NCBI RefSeq assembly: GCF_041333735.1 | Contig: NZ_JBGKFB010000001.1 | Coordinates: 561,376 to 625,375, forward strand | Origin: Veillonella sp. | GTDB lineage: Bacteria > Bacillota > Negativicutes > Veillonellales > Veillonellaceae | Length of the DNA stretch: 64,000 nt | Direction: 5' to 3' | Part shown: positions 20,552 through 30,668 of the stretch, piece by piece | Position numbering within the stretch: position 1 is the first letter of the stretch | How the letters are laid out: each line of letters begins with the position of its first letter | Position numbers and translations under genes: made by a program | Notes under the pieces: generated by a model | The model's input: the letters and a program-made list of their open reading frames with translations, nothing else | Told to the model about the DNA's origin: nothing | Databases searched by the model: none

Positions 20552-21847
20552 CTATTTTAAATAGTGAGTAGCAATTGTACCTAATGCAACAATACCGTTT
20601 AGCATGTCTTCTTCATCGATATCGAATAATGGATTATGATGAGGTGCTTTAATAGCAGAGCCTAATACCATATATGTTGCTCGACCGCCACGGTCAATAA
20701 CACGGTTCAAGAAGTACGCGCAGTCTTCACTACCGCCACCGCTATAATCGAACGGTACCTCTTTAAAGATACCTAATGGTTCAATGATTTCTTGTACTTC
20801 GCGAGCTAAGTCATCGCTGATACGACCGGCTGGTGTTTCGCCTTGTTTTGTAATTTCAAAGGTACAATCATGCATTTCTGCGGCACCTTTAATAATAGTT
20901 TTAGTGCGTTCAATCATGTAGTCATTGATTTCTGTAGTAGCACCGCGAGTTTCTAATTTAAGAACAGCTACATCAGGTGTAACATTGCGACCTGTACCAC
21001 TTTCAAAAACGCCTACATTCATGCGAGATGCACCCCCACTATGGCGAGCAATGGCTTGTAAGTTAATAACAGCTGTACAGCCTGCAAGCATGGCATTTTG
21101 AGCCTTTTCAGGAGAACCACCTGCATGGGAAGAATAACCATGGAATACAGCATCAAGTTTTGTAGTCGCTAAAAAGCCATGATCACTACAAGCAAAGCAA
21201 TTAGATAACTGTTCATTAAATCCGATATGCATGCCGAACATCAAATCTACATCATCTACTACGCCAGCCTCTACCATCGCTTTAGCACCACGTACGCCTT
21301 CCTCTGCTGGTTGGAAGATTAGTTTAATAGTACCCTTCAAGCCATCCTTATGTGTAGCAATATATTCAGCAAGGCCAAGGCCCATTGTCATATGTGTATC
21401 ATGACCACAAGCATGCATAGCCTTCTCATGGCGGGAACGGAAACCATTCTTAGCAGGAATATGGTTAGATGCTTTAGATTCGATAACATCATTAGAATCC
21501 ATATCTGCACGGAATGCCACTACAGGACCATCATCACTGAACTTCATAGTTGCTACGATAGCTGTTTTACCATAGCCCATTTTTTCTACGAGCTCAGGAT
21601 CAGCGCCTTCATCCATAGCGCGAGCCATGGCTGCTTTCATAACCTCTTCGCTAGGTAAACCCATACGAGAATCTAAATCGAGTACATCTGCACCAAGTGC
21701 TACATCATACCCTAAAGAAATTAACTTTTCAGCTACTTTAGAAGCAGAACGATATTCAAGCCAAGCTGGCTCTGGATACATATGAAAATCACGACGCATA
21801 GCGATAAAATCATCGCGGCGTTGTTGTACGAAATCTTTTACAGACAT
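20552..21847 (-). CDS. M20 amidohydrolase (AbgA-like)
   Basis: RRDFHMYPE, RADMD, MHACGHD, FQPAEEG, GSED, HHNPLFDIDE. Confidence 0.9.
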   Translation of the reverse strand: MSVKDFVQQRRDDFIAMRRDFHMYPEPAWLEYRSASKVAEKLISLGYDVALGADVLDLDSRMGLPSEEVMKAAMARAMDEGADPELVEKMGYGKTAIVATMKFSDDGPVVAFRADMDSNDVIESKASNHIPAKNGFRSRHEKAMHACGHDTHMTMGLGLAEYIATHKDGLKGTIKLIFQPAEEGVRGAKAMVEAGVVDDVDLMFGMHIGFNEQLSNCFACSDHGFLATTKLDAVFHGYSSHAGGSPEKAQNAMLAGCTAVINLQAIARHSGGASRMNVGVFESGTGRNVTPDVAVLKLETRGATTEINDYMIERTKTIIKGAAEMHDCTFEITKQGETPAGRISDDLAREVQEIIEPLGIFKEVPFDYSGGGSEDCAYFLNRVIDRGGRATYMVLGSAIKAPHHNPLFDIDEEDMLNGIVALGTIATHYLK

Positions 21848-21982
21848 AGGAACCTCCTAAAAATTAATTAGTACTTACCTATTAACTATATGAATAGATA
21901 AGTAAATAGTCAACAAAATAGGTCATGTATACAAAATAAAGAGACGAGCTATGCTATAATAATAGTAATAAAGGAGGTGCCT

Positions 21983-22171
21983 ATGACATTAAATGTAAAT
22001 AAAGAAAAACTCACCATTTTAGATGTACAATTTGATACTTATGAGGACTTTGATGCAGTTTGGTATGCCATAGGTTCATCTATGATTGAAGACTTCACTC
22101 CTACAACTGAATCAGTTCTAGAATTAAAAAATTATGTTACAAACAGAAGGAAGGAACTACAAATTGGCTAA
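21983..22171 (+). CDS. Small VbhA/FicA-like antitoxin
   Basis: AAGGAGG RBS; SSMIED resembles the (S/T)xxxE(G/N) inhibitory motif; overlaps a Fic-like start. Confidence 0.55.
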   Translation: MTLNVNKEKLTILDVQFDTYEDFDAVWYAIGSSMIEDFTPTTESVLELKNYVTNRRKELQIG

Positions 22172-22280
22172 AAACCAATACGAAGGTTACCAGTACATAG
22201 ATTTAGATAATTTCTATACCTATGAAAATTCATTTGTATTAATAAATAAACAAAATATTCTAGATCCTAACTTAGCAAAA
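22164..22280 (+). pseudogene. N-terminal remnant of a Fic-family toxin
   Basis: YQYIDLDNFYTYENSFVLINKQNILD resembles Fic N-termini; no HPFxxGNGR motif follows. Confidence 0.6.
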
Positions 22281-22339
22281 AATATAATATTTGATTACAA
22301 AAAACACATATACCGCATGGTATATGTGTTTTCGTTTGT

Positions 22340-23281
22340 TTATTTCATTTCTACTTTATTCAGTTTTTCTAGTACTTCTCGTTTGATTTGTCGTTGTCGA
22401 TCCCAGGCGATAATGAATACGGTAGCAATGATACAAACCATACCTATAATCCCTACAAGGGTAAATTCATTCCCCAATAATGCCCAGCCAAATAGAGCGG
22501 CTGAAATCGGTTCCAACGAAGAAAGAATAGAGCCTTGTACGGCACCAATCCGTCGCACCCCTTCGATATAAGCATTAAAGGATACAACCGTCCCCAATAT
22601 AATAATGGCGAATAATCCAAGCCATGTCATACCATCCCAAATTGCTTCAGAATCGATTTGCTGGAACATGGCTAACGAAATAAATCCACAGATAAACATG
22701 GCAAAACCAACAATCGATGTAGTGCCATATTTCTTTAATAGTTCAATAGGTTGCAATGTATAGACACAGATGCTGGCTGCCGATACAAGCCCCCAAATCA
22801 TAGCTTCCCCATTAATTTTAGAAAAATCTAGCCCCTCTTGGGAAACAATGCATACCGTACCAACCATAGCTAGCAGAACACAACAAGACTCCGCAAAAGA
22901 CGGCTTTTTAAAGTATCGTAGGAAGAGATAAATAATAATCAACGTCGGCGCTACATATTGAAGTACCGTAGCAACACCAACCCCAGAAATAGCGATGGCT
23001 CTAAAGTACGTGTACTGCGCTAAAGCGATGCCTAGAACACCGAAGATGAGCAGTTTACCAAAGTCTTTTTTATTTTTAAAAATATCAAAGATGCGCATTC
23101 CATCTTGCATATAGGCCAATATAATCGTCAAGAACCCGGCCACCAGCAGCCGAACCTCTAGTAGCCACTCTACATTTAAGTGTTTTACCCCTTCCAGATA
23201 TTGTACAGATGTACCTGAAAGTCCCCAAAACAAGGCTCCTAGAATGGCTAACGCCATGCCAATCCACTGTTTCTCCCCCAT
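22340..23281 (-). CDS. EamA/DMT family transporter
   Basis: LGALFWGLSG, ATVLQYVAP, LSSLEP. Confidence 0.93.
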   Translation of the reverse strand: MGEKQWIGMALAILGALFWGLSGTSVQYLEGVKHLNVEWLLEVRLLVAGFLTIILAYMQDGMRIFDIFKNKKDFGKLLIFGVLGIALAQYTYFRAIAISGVGVATVLQYVAPTLIIIYLFLRYFKKPSFAESCCVLLAMVGTVCIVSQEGLDFSKINGEAMIWGLVSAASICVYTLQPIELLKKYGTTSIVGFAMFICGFISLAMFQQIDSEAIWDGMTWLGLFAIIILGTVVSFNAYIEGVRRIGAVQGSILSSLEPISAALFGWALLGNEFTLVGIIGMVCIIATVFIIAWDRQRQIKREVLEKLNKVEMK

Positions 23282-23431
23282 CTAATTCCTCCATCTAATG
23301 CGACATTAAAATACTATAACATAATAACAAAGAGGCCTCAACCTCTGCAATACATCGAGATGAAACCTCTAACATTAAATTATAGATATGTTTAAATCAA
23401 TATAAGTTAACGCAAATCAATCACCTATAGA

Positions 23432-24325
23432 TTAATTACGTTTTTCTAGAGCAATAATAATAACAGTAGCAATGATAATAGCCATGCCAATTAGCCCTAA
23501 TGCACTAAATTGGTTGTCTAAAAAAGCCCATCCAAAGAAAGCCGCCGAAATCGGCTCAATAGATGACAAGATGGATCCTGGTACAGCACCTATTCGTTTA
23601 ACACCTTCTAAATAAGCATTAAACGAAACAATGGTCCCCAGAAAGACAACATTGAAACAGCCAATAACAGTCCACACATCCCACAGAGCATAGGAATTTG
23701 GTTGGTGGAACAAGATAGCTGCCACAATACCACTGAGAAGCATGCCAAAGCCTACAATCGGTAAGGTCCCATATTTATATAGTAAATCTACAGGAGAAAC
23801 ACTATATACAGCTACCCCCACGGCAGACAAGAGGCCCCACATAAGCACGGCCAGAGGGAAGCTTTCAAAAGAAAAGCCATCATTCCCCATCAAACAAATC
23901 GTACCTACCAAGGCCAATATAACAGAAATAATCTCCCCTTTAGAGGGCCGTTTACCATAACGTGCTAGCATATAAATAATAATCATGGATGGCGCCAAGT
24001 ATTGGAGTACCGTCGCAATGCCAGCCCCAGCCAAAGCAATGGATTTAAAGTATGTATATTGGCACAAGGCCATACCAAATACGCCAAAAACGATAAGGCC
24101 TACTATATCTTTCAAATTTCGAAAGACGTCAAAGATAGCATTACCATACTTAAACCACGCATAGATAACGGTTAATAGCCCTGCTGTAATTAAGCGCATG
24201 GTAACTAGCCATTCTAAGTTCATATCCCTAAAGTTGCTTAGGAATTGTACTGAAGCACCTGATACGCCCCATAAAATGGCACCTAATAGGGTTAGTAGAA
24301 CACCTATAACTTCGTATCGCTTCAT
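23432..24325 (-). CDS. EamA/DMT family transporter (tandem paralog)
   Basis: LGAILWGVSG, ATVLQYLAP, LSSIEP. Confidence 0.93.
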   Translation of the reverse strand: MKRYEVIGVLLTLLGAILWGVSGASVQFLSNFRDMNLEWLVTMRLITAGLLTVIYAWFKYGNAIFDVFRNLKDIVGLIVFGVFGMALCQYTYFKSIALAGAGIATVLQYLAPSMIIIYMLARYGKRPSKGEIISVILALVGTICLMGNDGFSFESFPLAVLMWGLLSAVGVAVYSVSPVDLLYKYGTLPIVGFGMLLSGIVAAILFHQPNSYALWDVWTVIGCFNVVFLGTIVSFNAYLEGVKRIGAVPGSILSSIEPISAAFFGWAFLDNQFSALGLIGMAIIIATVIIIALEKRN

Positions 24326-24329
24326 AGGA

Positions 24330-24806
24330 TTACTCGCCTAAGAGATCCACGTGCACTTTTACAACAACCTTGCGGATTTTAATAGGCTTATCATTAACCG
24401 CTAACAAAGGTCTATGGATATCAGATGGGAAGAATACCGTATAATACCCTTCTGGACAGTGGATGTGCCCTTCATCAACCGATTCATTTGGATAGAAATA
24501 GCAATCTCGTTCTGGATAGGATTCAACAGGTTTAACGAGGCCTTTATCTACAAAAAAGCCCATATTTTCTTCGCCGCTCACCATAAATTGAATATCTACA
24601 TAGTTGCGATGAGATTCAGGTTTTGTAGTTTCAAATAGTTTTGTTTCCACATCGTCCACATTGGCATACATCATGTCACCTTCAATTTCATGACGACCGC
24701 CTGGCAATGCTTTCAAATCTGTATTCTTTAAGAAATCTAAAGCTCGTACGATGGCTTTAGGATAGCCCATTTTTGTATAATCTGCAGTAATGCTAGAGAA
24801 AAACAT
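24330..24806 (-). CDS. YhcH/YjgK/YiaL family protein
   Basis: ESHRNYVDIQ, FFPSDIHRP, RKVVVKV. Confidence 0.92.
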   Translation of the reverse strand: MFFSSITADYTKMGYPKAIVRALDFLKNTDLKALPGGRHEIEGDMMYANVDDVETKLFETTKPESHRNYVDIQFMVSGEENMGFFVDKGLVKPVESYPERDCYFYPNESVDEGHIHCPEGYYTVFFPSDIHRPLLAVNDKPIKIRKVVVKVHVDLLGE

Positions 24807-25112
24807 ATACGATCCTTTCCCGATATATGGAAATAACACCTGATATATAAGCAATTATATTACCTTTAATGTTAGCACATATATACATAAAGGACTAGAC
24901 ACTATACGCTTTATATAAGGCGCATATATAGTAAAGCATATATAGTAAAAGCCCTCCATACGCTACATATATGGAGGACTCCTGTAAAATACTATTCAAA
25001 TTTATGACTTACGTCAATTGTTATGCTATTAAGTTGTTACTATATGCAATTATCTATTCAGTTGTAGTGATTCTAACTGTATTTGATACAGTACGTGGAC
25101 ATGTTCTTAACT

Positions 25113-27179
25113 TTATTCTTGAGTTTTATGAGCAGCGATAATTTCTTCCGCTTGCTTATGTGGAACCTCTTCATAAGTATAGAACTGACGGTTAAATACG
25201 CCTTGTCCTTGAGTGATGGAGCGCAATGCAGTCACATAGTCGGCCATTTCAGCCAATGGTACTTGAGCTTTAACAACAGAAATACCTGTTCTTTCACTTT
25301 GTTCCATGCCTAATACACGACCTCGACGGCTATTTAAATCACCCATGATGTCGCCCATGAAAGCATCTGGTGCAAACACGTTAACTTCATAGATTGGTTC
25401 TAATAGGACTGGTTTCGCCTTAGGAATTACATCCTTGATAGCTTGTGACGTAGCTACTTTGAATGCTAACTCTGAGGAGTCTACGCTATGGTAAGATCCA
25501 TCCAAGAGTGTCACTTGCACGCCAATCATAGGATATCCCGCAATTAAGCCTTTATCTAGGGTTTCTTTGGCACCCTTTTCCACTGCTGGTATGTATTGTT
25601 TAGGTACAGCACCACCAAAGATTTTGTCTACGAACGCAAATTCGGTACCATCATATAATGGGTCCACTTGAATCTTAACGTGACCATATTGACCATGACC
25701 GCCACTTTGTTTCTTATATTTAGACTCGGTTTCAGCGGAGCCTTTAATGGTTTCGCGGTATGGAATGTATGGAGTCACAAGTTTAGCTTGTACGCCATAT
25801 TTACGATCCATTTTGTTGAGGATATGCTCGAGATGAACCTCGCCCATACAATCGATTTGTAGTTGACGGGCCTCAGCATTTTTCACTACTACGCAAGTAG
25901 GATCTTCTTCTGCTACTTTTAGAACAGCACCAGCTAATTTTTCCTCCTCACCTTTTTTCACAGGTTCTAATGCCACTGTGTATAGAGGTTGAGGGAAACG
26001 GATAGCATCGTATGTCACTTTAAAGTCAGGAGCAGTTAATGTATCGCCAGTCTTAGCATTAGCCAATTTCGGTATCACTACGATATCGCCAGCTTTAGCG
26101 GCAGATACAGGGATTTGTTGCTTCCCGATAAGGGTAACCATCTTGCCCCATTTTTCTTCTACACCTTGGTTTACATCATAAAGGCGATCGCCTTCTTTTA
26201 GTTCACCAGAGAAGATACGTACAAAGCTTTGTTTGCCTGCGAATGGGTCTAACAATGTTTTAAATACGAATGCAGTTAACGGTTTATCTACATGTACTAC
26301 ACATTGTTCGCCGGTTTCCGCATCAGTTGCGGTCATCACTTTTTTAGTTGCATCCGGCATGTAACGGATCATACGATCCAATACTTGATCTAAGCCAATA
26401 CGAGATGTGGCACTGCCACACATGATTGGGCACACACGGCCACTAATCATCCCTTCACGCAAGCCTTGGCGAATTTCCTCTAAGGATAATTCTTCGCCTT
26501 CTAAATATTTTTCCAACAATTCATCGCTACCTTCAGCCGCGGCTTCTACGGTCATTTCCCGAATTTCTTGAGCCTTTTCGATAAGGTGAGCTGGTACAGC
26601 AATCTCTGTTGGTTGGCCGTCCTTGTAAGTAAACGCAGTCATTTTAGCTACGTCTACGACGCCTTCAAAGTTGGCGCCTTCACCGATAGGAATCTGCAAT
26701 GGCATAATGCCTTTGCCAAATAATTCCCGCATTCTTTCAATAGTACCGAAGAAATCAGCACCATCAACATCCATTTTATTGATAAATGCCATGCGTGGCA
26801 TTTGTAATTCCACTGCATAATCCCAAGCGCGAACTGTGTCAGTTTCTACACCAGATGTGGCGGATAGTACCATCAACATACCATCGCACGCACGCAAAGC
26901 GGCACGAACTTCGCCATGGAATTCATTATAGCCTGGAGTATCTACGAAGTTAACCTTATGGTCATGCCATTCACATGGAGCCATGCCCAATTGGATTGTT
27001 ACATTACGTTTAATTTCTTCAGGTTCAAAGTCCATAATATGTTTATTGTCTTGGCCTTTACCTACGAAATCAACCGCACCAGAGGTTAACAACAAGGATT
27101 CAACAAGAGCTGTTTTACCTGCACCATCGTGGGAAACAACAGCAACGTTTCTAATTTTATCACTACTGTACTCTTTCAT
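25113..27179 (-). CDS. Elongation factor G paralog (EF-G2 / FusA2-like)
   Basis: IRNVAVVSHDGAGKT, DTPGY, NKMD, KQSGGHGQYG, GSYHSVDSS; not in an rpsL-rpsG-tuf context. Confidence 0.93.
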   Translation of the reverse strand: MKEYSSDKIRNVAVVSHDGAGKTALVESLLLTSGAVDFVGKGQDNKHIMDFEPEEIKRNVTIQLGMAPCEWHDHKVNFVDTPGYNEFHGEVRAALRACDGMLMVLSATSGVETDTVRAWDYAVELQMPRMAFINKMDVDGADFFGTIERMRELFGKGIMPLQIPIGEGANFEGVVDVAKMTAFTYKDGQPTEIAVPAHLIEKAQEIREMTVEAAAEGSDELLEKYLEGEELSLEEIRQGLREGMISGRVCPIMCGSATSRIGLDQVLDRMIRYMPDATKKVMTATDAETGEQCVVHVDKPLTAFVFKTLLDPFAGKQSFVRIFSGELKEGDRLYDVNQGVEEKWGKMVTLIGKQQIPVSAAKAGDIVVIPKLANAKTGDTLTAPDFKVTYDAIRFPQPLYTVALEPVKKGEEEKLAGAVLKVAEEDPTCVVVKNAEARQLQIDCMGEVHLEHILNKMDRKYGVQAKLVTPYIPYRETIKGSAETESKYKKQSGGHGQYGHVKIQVDPLYDGTEFAFVDKIFGGAVPKQYIPAVEKGAKETLDKGLIAGYPMIGVQVTLLDGSYHSVDSSELAFKVATSQAIKDVIPKAKPVLLEPIYEVNVFAPDAFMGDIMGDLNSRRGRVLGMEQSERTGISVVKAQVPLAEMADYVTALRSITQGQGVFNRQFYTYEEVPHKQAEEIIAAHKTQE

Positions 27180-27313
27180 CGGAATCGCCTCCTTAATGGC
27201 AAATTACGGCTTTTGCTAATACATTTCGACACCCAAATAGAAAAGTCCTCTTTTTCCGAAAAAATTTATCAAAAAAAGAGGACTCTTTATTAATATTAAT
27301 TTATATATCAGTA

Positions 27314-27979
27314 TTATCTACTCACTAAAGAGGCACAGCCACCAAGAAGTGCCATGAAGATTGCCCAGATAAGAACAAAGATAATGGACGTAATGATACA
27401 GGCAATGAAAACTTTCATTTTAGTAAGCATGACCTGTCTTGCCATAAGTTCTAAGGATACCCAGATAGAAATAATAATTAATGCCACGGTTCCTACAAAA
27501 TATACGAAACCAGCAATAGCACTACTATCGAATACAAGACCTAATAGTCCCATTACGATCAAGACTATCGTATATCCAATACTAAATAATAGTACTTCAT
27601 ACCCTTGTAGATACCAACTAACTTTCATAATGGCTTGTACATTGTCGGTACCACCCATTTTAGTAATAACCCAGTTATATACATAAGAACCGATGGCAAC
27701 CATTACAAAGGACCAACCGATACTGATGAGCCATGCAAAAACAAATATAAAACTTGCACCGATACCGATTAAATAGGTTAAACCAGTAAATTCATTATGA
27801 GGGAGAAATGGAATTAACATAGTCCCAAATAAAGCCAATATAATATATGGAATAGCCCACAAGAATACAGTGCCCCAGAAACCTTTTTGCAAAGTGCCCG
27901 ATTGCACCACTTGATCAATACCGCCTTTAAAAGGACTTGCAAACAACCGCCAAAAATCAGAATACCATTTTGTCTCCAT
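27314..27979 (-). CDS. Yip1-like membrane protein
   Basis: About five hydrophobic segments with a KMGG loop. Confidence 0.65.
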   Translation of the reverse strand: METKWYSDFWRLFASPFKGGIDQVVQSGTLQKGFWGTVFLWAIPYIILALFGTMLIPFLPHNEFTGLTYLIGIGASFIFVFAWLISIGWSFVMVAIGSYVYNWVITKMGGTDNVQAIMKVSWYLQGYEVLLFSIGYTIVLIVMGLLGLVFDSSAIAGFVYFVGTVALIIISIWVSLELMARQVMLTKMKVFIACIITSIIFVLIWAIFMALLGGCASLVSR

Positions 27980-28009
27980 AATACAACCTCATATACAAAC
28001 TAAAACTCT

Positions 28010-29146
28010 CTAAAACTCTCCCGTACGTTTTCCGTAGTGCTTGGAGTCGCCATTTTGCTTCCAACCTACGGTATCACCGATGGACATTACGCGGCGCGTT
28101 AAGCAGTCTTTACATTTGTCTGCATTATCATCTACGCAAGGTTTATTATCGTACAGCAAATATTTTGCACGGTGTTCCGGAATGGTAATGATAGGCATCA
28201 AAATATTAGCACCCGCAGCAAGGCCTTTTTCACGACCTAATTTATCAAGTGCTTGTAATGCTGTTGTAGCTGCAATATTTACGTCTTTCAAGAATAACCG
28301 TGTCAACGCAATCATCTTTAGGCCCAATTGAATACGGCGCAATTTACCTGCTTCATCATCGATGCCCATCGCCAATGCCTCTTGGCCTAGCGGCGTATCA
28401 TGATGTACCACATACGGACCCATGCCGATCATATCGATATCCATATCGCGATAAAACAAGATATCATTTACAAGATCTTCTTCGGTTTGCCCAGGCAAAC
28501 CAATCATAACACCTGTACCCACTTGGAAACCTACGCGGCGCAAGCTACGTAAACATTCAACGCGCGTTTCAAAAGAGTGTAGTTCATCTTGAGGGTGAAT
28601 TTTATGATATAGCTCTTTATTTGTTGTTTCAATGCGCAATAAATAACGACTAGCGCCGGCTTCACGCATGCGGCGGTACGCCTCTTCGCTTTGTTCCCCT
28701 ACGCACATCGTAATGCCAAGGGAACCATCGCCAATGGCTTTAATATCGCGAATTAAATCCACCACATAATCCACAAAGGCATCATCACAGCGTTCACCAG
28801 ATTGGAGCGTAATAGAACCATATTCATGGTCGTACGCCCATTGTGCCATCTTGATGATATCTTCACGATTCATATCAAAGCGTTCCGTCTTGTCATTTTC
28901 ACGACGGATACCGCAGTAATTACAGTTTTTGATGCATCGGTTCGAGAACTCGATGAGGCCACGATAGTACGCTACAGGCTTTACATATTTCGCCTTCACT
29001 TCATAAGCCTTTTTATATATTAACTGCAACTGTTCTTCATCAGTTACAGACATGAGAAATCTTAGCTCATCCTCTGTTAGCCATTCATCGCCAACGAGGT
29101 CTTTTGCAAGAATGTCTTGCACTTGCAAACAATCACTTCCTTTCAT
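28010..29146 (-). CDS. hydE: HydE-like radical SAM protein (true start probably a few codons downstream)
   Basis: RGLIEFSNRCIKNCNYC, LQSGE, LLRIET, AATTAL, YLLYDNKP. Confidence 0.8.
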   Translation of the reverse strand: MKGSDCLQVQDILAKDLVGDEWLTEDELRFLMSVTDEEQLQLIYKKAYEVKAKYVKPVAYYRGLIEFSNRCIKNCNYCGIRRENDKTERFDMNREDIIKMAQWAYDHEYGSITLQSGERCDDAFVDYVVDLIRDIKAIGDGSLGITMCVGEQSEEAYRRMREAGASRYLLRIETTNKELYHKIHPQDELHSFETRVECLRSLRRVGFQVGTGVMIGLPGQTEEDLVNDILFYRDMDIDMIGMGPYVVHHDTPLGQEALAMGIDDEAGKLRRIQLGLKMIALTRLFLKDVNIAATTALQALDKLGREKGLAAGANILMPIITIPEHRAKYLLYDNKPCVDDNADKCKDCLTRRVMSIGDTVGWKQNGDSKHYGKRTGEF

Positions 29147-29879
29147 AACGAACCATCATCGATTCGCTTGGTATCGTAATGGATTCAATATCTGTAACAC
29201 AGATAAATCCATTAATTTCACGGGGCAAATCCCTTACATGCTTCACTTGCTCCGTCAAACATGCATGAGCCATCATGCCACGACTCATTTTGGAGGACGT
29301 ACTCATCTGTTTAAATGTGTCGCCTCGCAATTCCCAAAACTCAACGGTTACCACCTTTGGATGGTTCACCATTTTCGCATATTCTTTAGACGCTAGATTT
29401 AGGATCCAATCTTCCTTGTGAAAGTATGCATCCACAGCTTCGCGCCACGTATCGTATAAATTAATACCTACCTTATCGACCATATCTAGTCGATAGTCTC
29501 TAACGCCCATCGTAGGCTCTACAACGCCGTACAAGGCAGACATCACAACGAGGTGGCTTTCACCAAAGGCCTTAGCCTCATCAGACAAGTTCGACCAGTC
29601 TAAATATTTGAAAGCAATGCCATCGTAGCTTTCACAAGCACGCCCTACAGGATGAGACTCAAAATCTTGATAGAAATCAAAGAGTGCCTGCGCCTTATCA
29701 TCCTTTAATTTTAAAGCCTTGCCAAGGGCCGCCACATCAAGGGATTGCACATGTTTTACAATATCTTGTGTAATGTGCGGTTGAAATTGACCGTCCCGGA
29801 CTGCAGTATGTACTGCCCCATCGTTGCTAGTAGCATTGGTAATCGTTTTTGTCTTACTAGGAGAGAGGACGATTTTCAT
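29133..29879 (-). CDS. yaaA: Peroxide stress protein YaaA (DUF328)
   Basis: LSPSK, YDGIAF, SALYG, YRLDM, NLASKEY, KMSRG. Confidence 0.92.
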   Translation of the reverse strand: MKIVLSPSKTKTITNATSNDGAVHTAVRDGQFQPHITQDIVKHVQSLDVAALGKALKLKDDKAQALFDFYQDFESHPVGRACESYDGIAFKYLDWSNLSDEAKAFGESHLVVMSALYGVVEPTMGVRDYRLDMVDKVGINLYDTWREAVDAYFHKEDWILNLASKEYAKMVNHPKVVTVEFWELRGDTFKQMSTSSKMSRGMMAHACLTEQVKHVRDLPREINGFICVTDIESITIPSESMMVRYERK

Positions 29880-30459
29880 GGGATAACTCCGCCTTGATAG
29901 TTTCCTCTGTCAAGTTATCAATCAACTCAGGATTCCACAACATGAGAGGCACAGCCACTACGTGGCTAGCTTTCATTTCTTTACATAAATTAATACATTC
30001 TTTGAGGTAATCAGAGTCTTCATCTACAAGGTCGCATACGATAACAACGTGACGGCCTTTTAGATTAACACCTTCGTAGTCGATGCTTCCAGCAGATACT
30101 GTAAGCATACCTGTTTCCAAACGACCTTCACTCATGTCGTTCAAACGAGACATCAACACATGCTCGAGCATAGTGGATACAGGTGTCACTACACGGCCAA
30201 TACCAATAAGGGCCTCAGGTTGGGCGTGAACGATAACTGTTTTTTTGCGTTTATCTGTTCTAAAATCAACGAGCGCTTTTTCTAAAGCGCCAAAGAACAC
30301 AAATAATTGCCAAGGATCAAAAGAACCTGTTTGGAACATGTCGATAATAGAGCCATCCTCATCCATATTTAGGCGCGTTAATAATTCCTCTGCAATATCG
30401 TTTACTACAACACTGAAATCAGATTGCATTGCGTCTTGTACTTTTACTTCCTTTGCCAT
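29857..30459 (-). CDS. Hypothetical protein with a degenerate phosphoribosyltransferase-like fold
   Basis: LKGRHVVIVCDLV resembles the PRT PRPP loop; AGGAGG RBS. Confidence 0.6.
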   Translation of the reverse strand: MAKEVKVQDAMQSDFSVVVNDIAEELLTRLNMDEDGSIIDMFQTGSFDPWQLFVFFGALEKALVDFRTDKRKKTVIVHAQPEALIGIGRVVTPVSTMLEHVLMSRLNDMSEGRLETGMLTVSAGSIDYEGVNLKGRHVVIVCDLVDEDSDYLKECINLCKEMKASHVVAVPLMLWNPELIDNLTEETIKAELSHENRPLS

Positions 30460-30668
30460 TAGGTCCTCCTAATTTCTATCTATTACACTGGTGAGGGAAT
30501 CCTCCCTACAGATATTATGCTATCTTTAATTGTAACATATTTTATAGCCCACATGGGTATTCTTGGATACGCTTTTTACATAATCAATATACATAACCTA
30601 CTAAAAAAAAGACCGCCAACGCGGTCTTTTTCTCTATCATTATTAGCTTTAAATGATGAGCTTATATC

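Noticed and set aside
22134..22571. 145-aa ORF as an intact gene
   Set aside because: Only the first part is Fic-like; the remainder is antisense readthrough of the EamA gene
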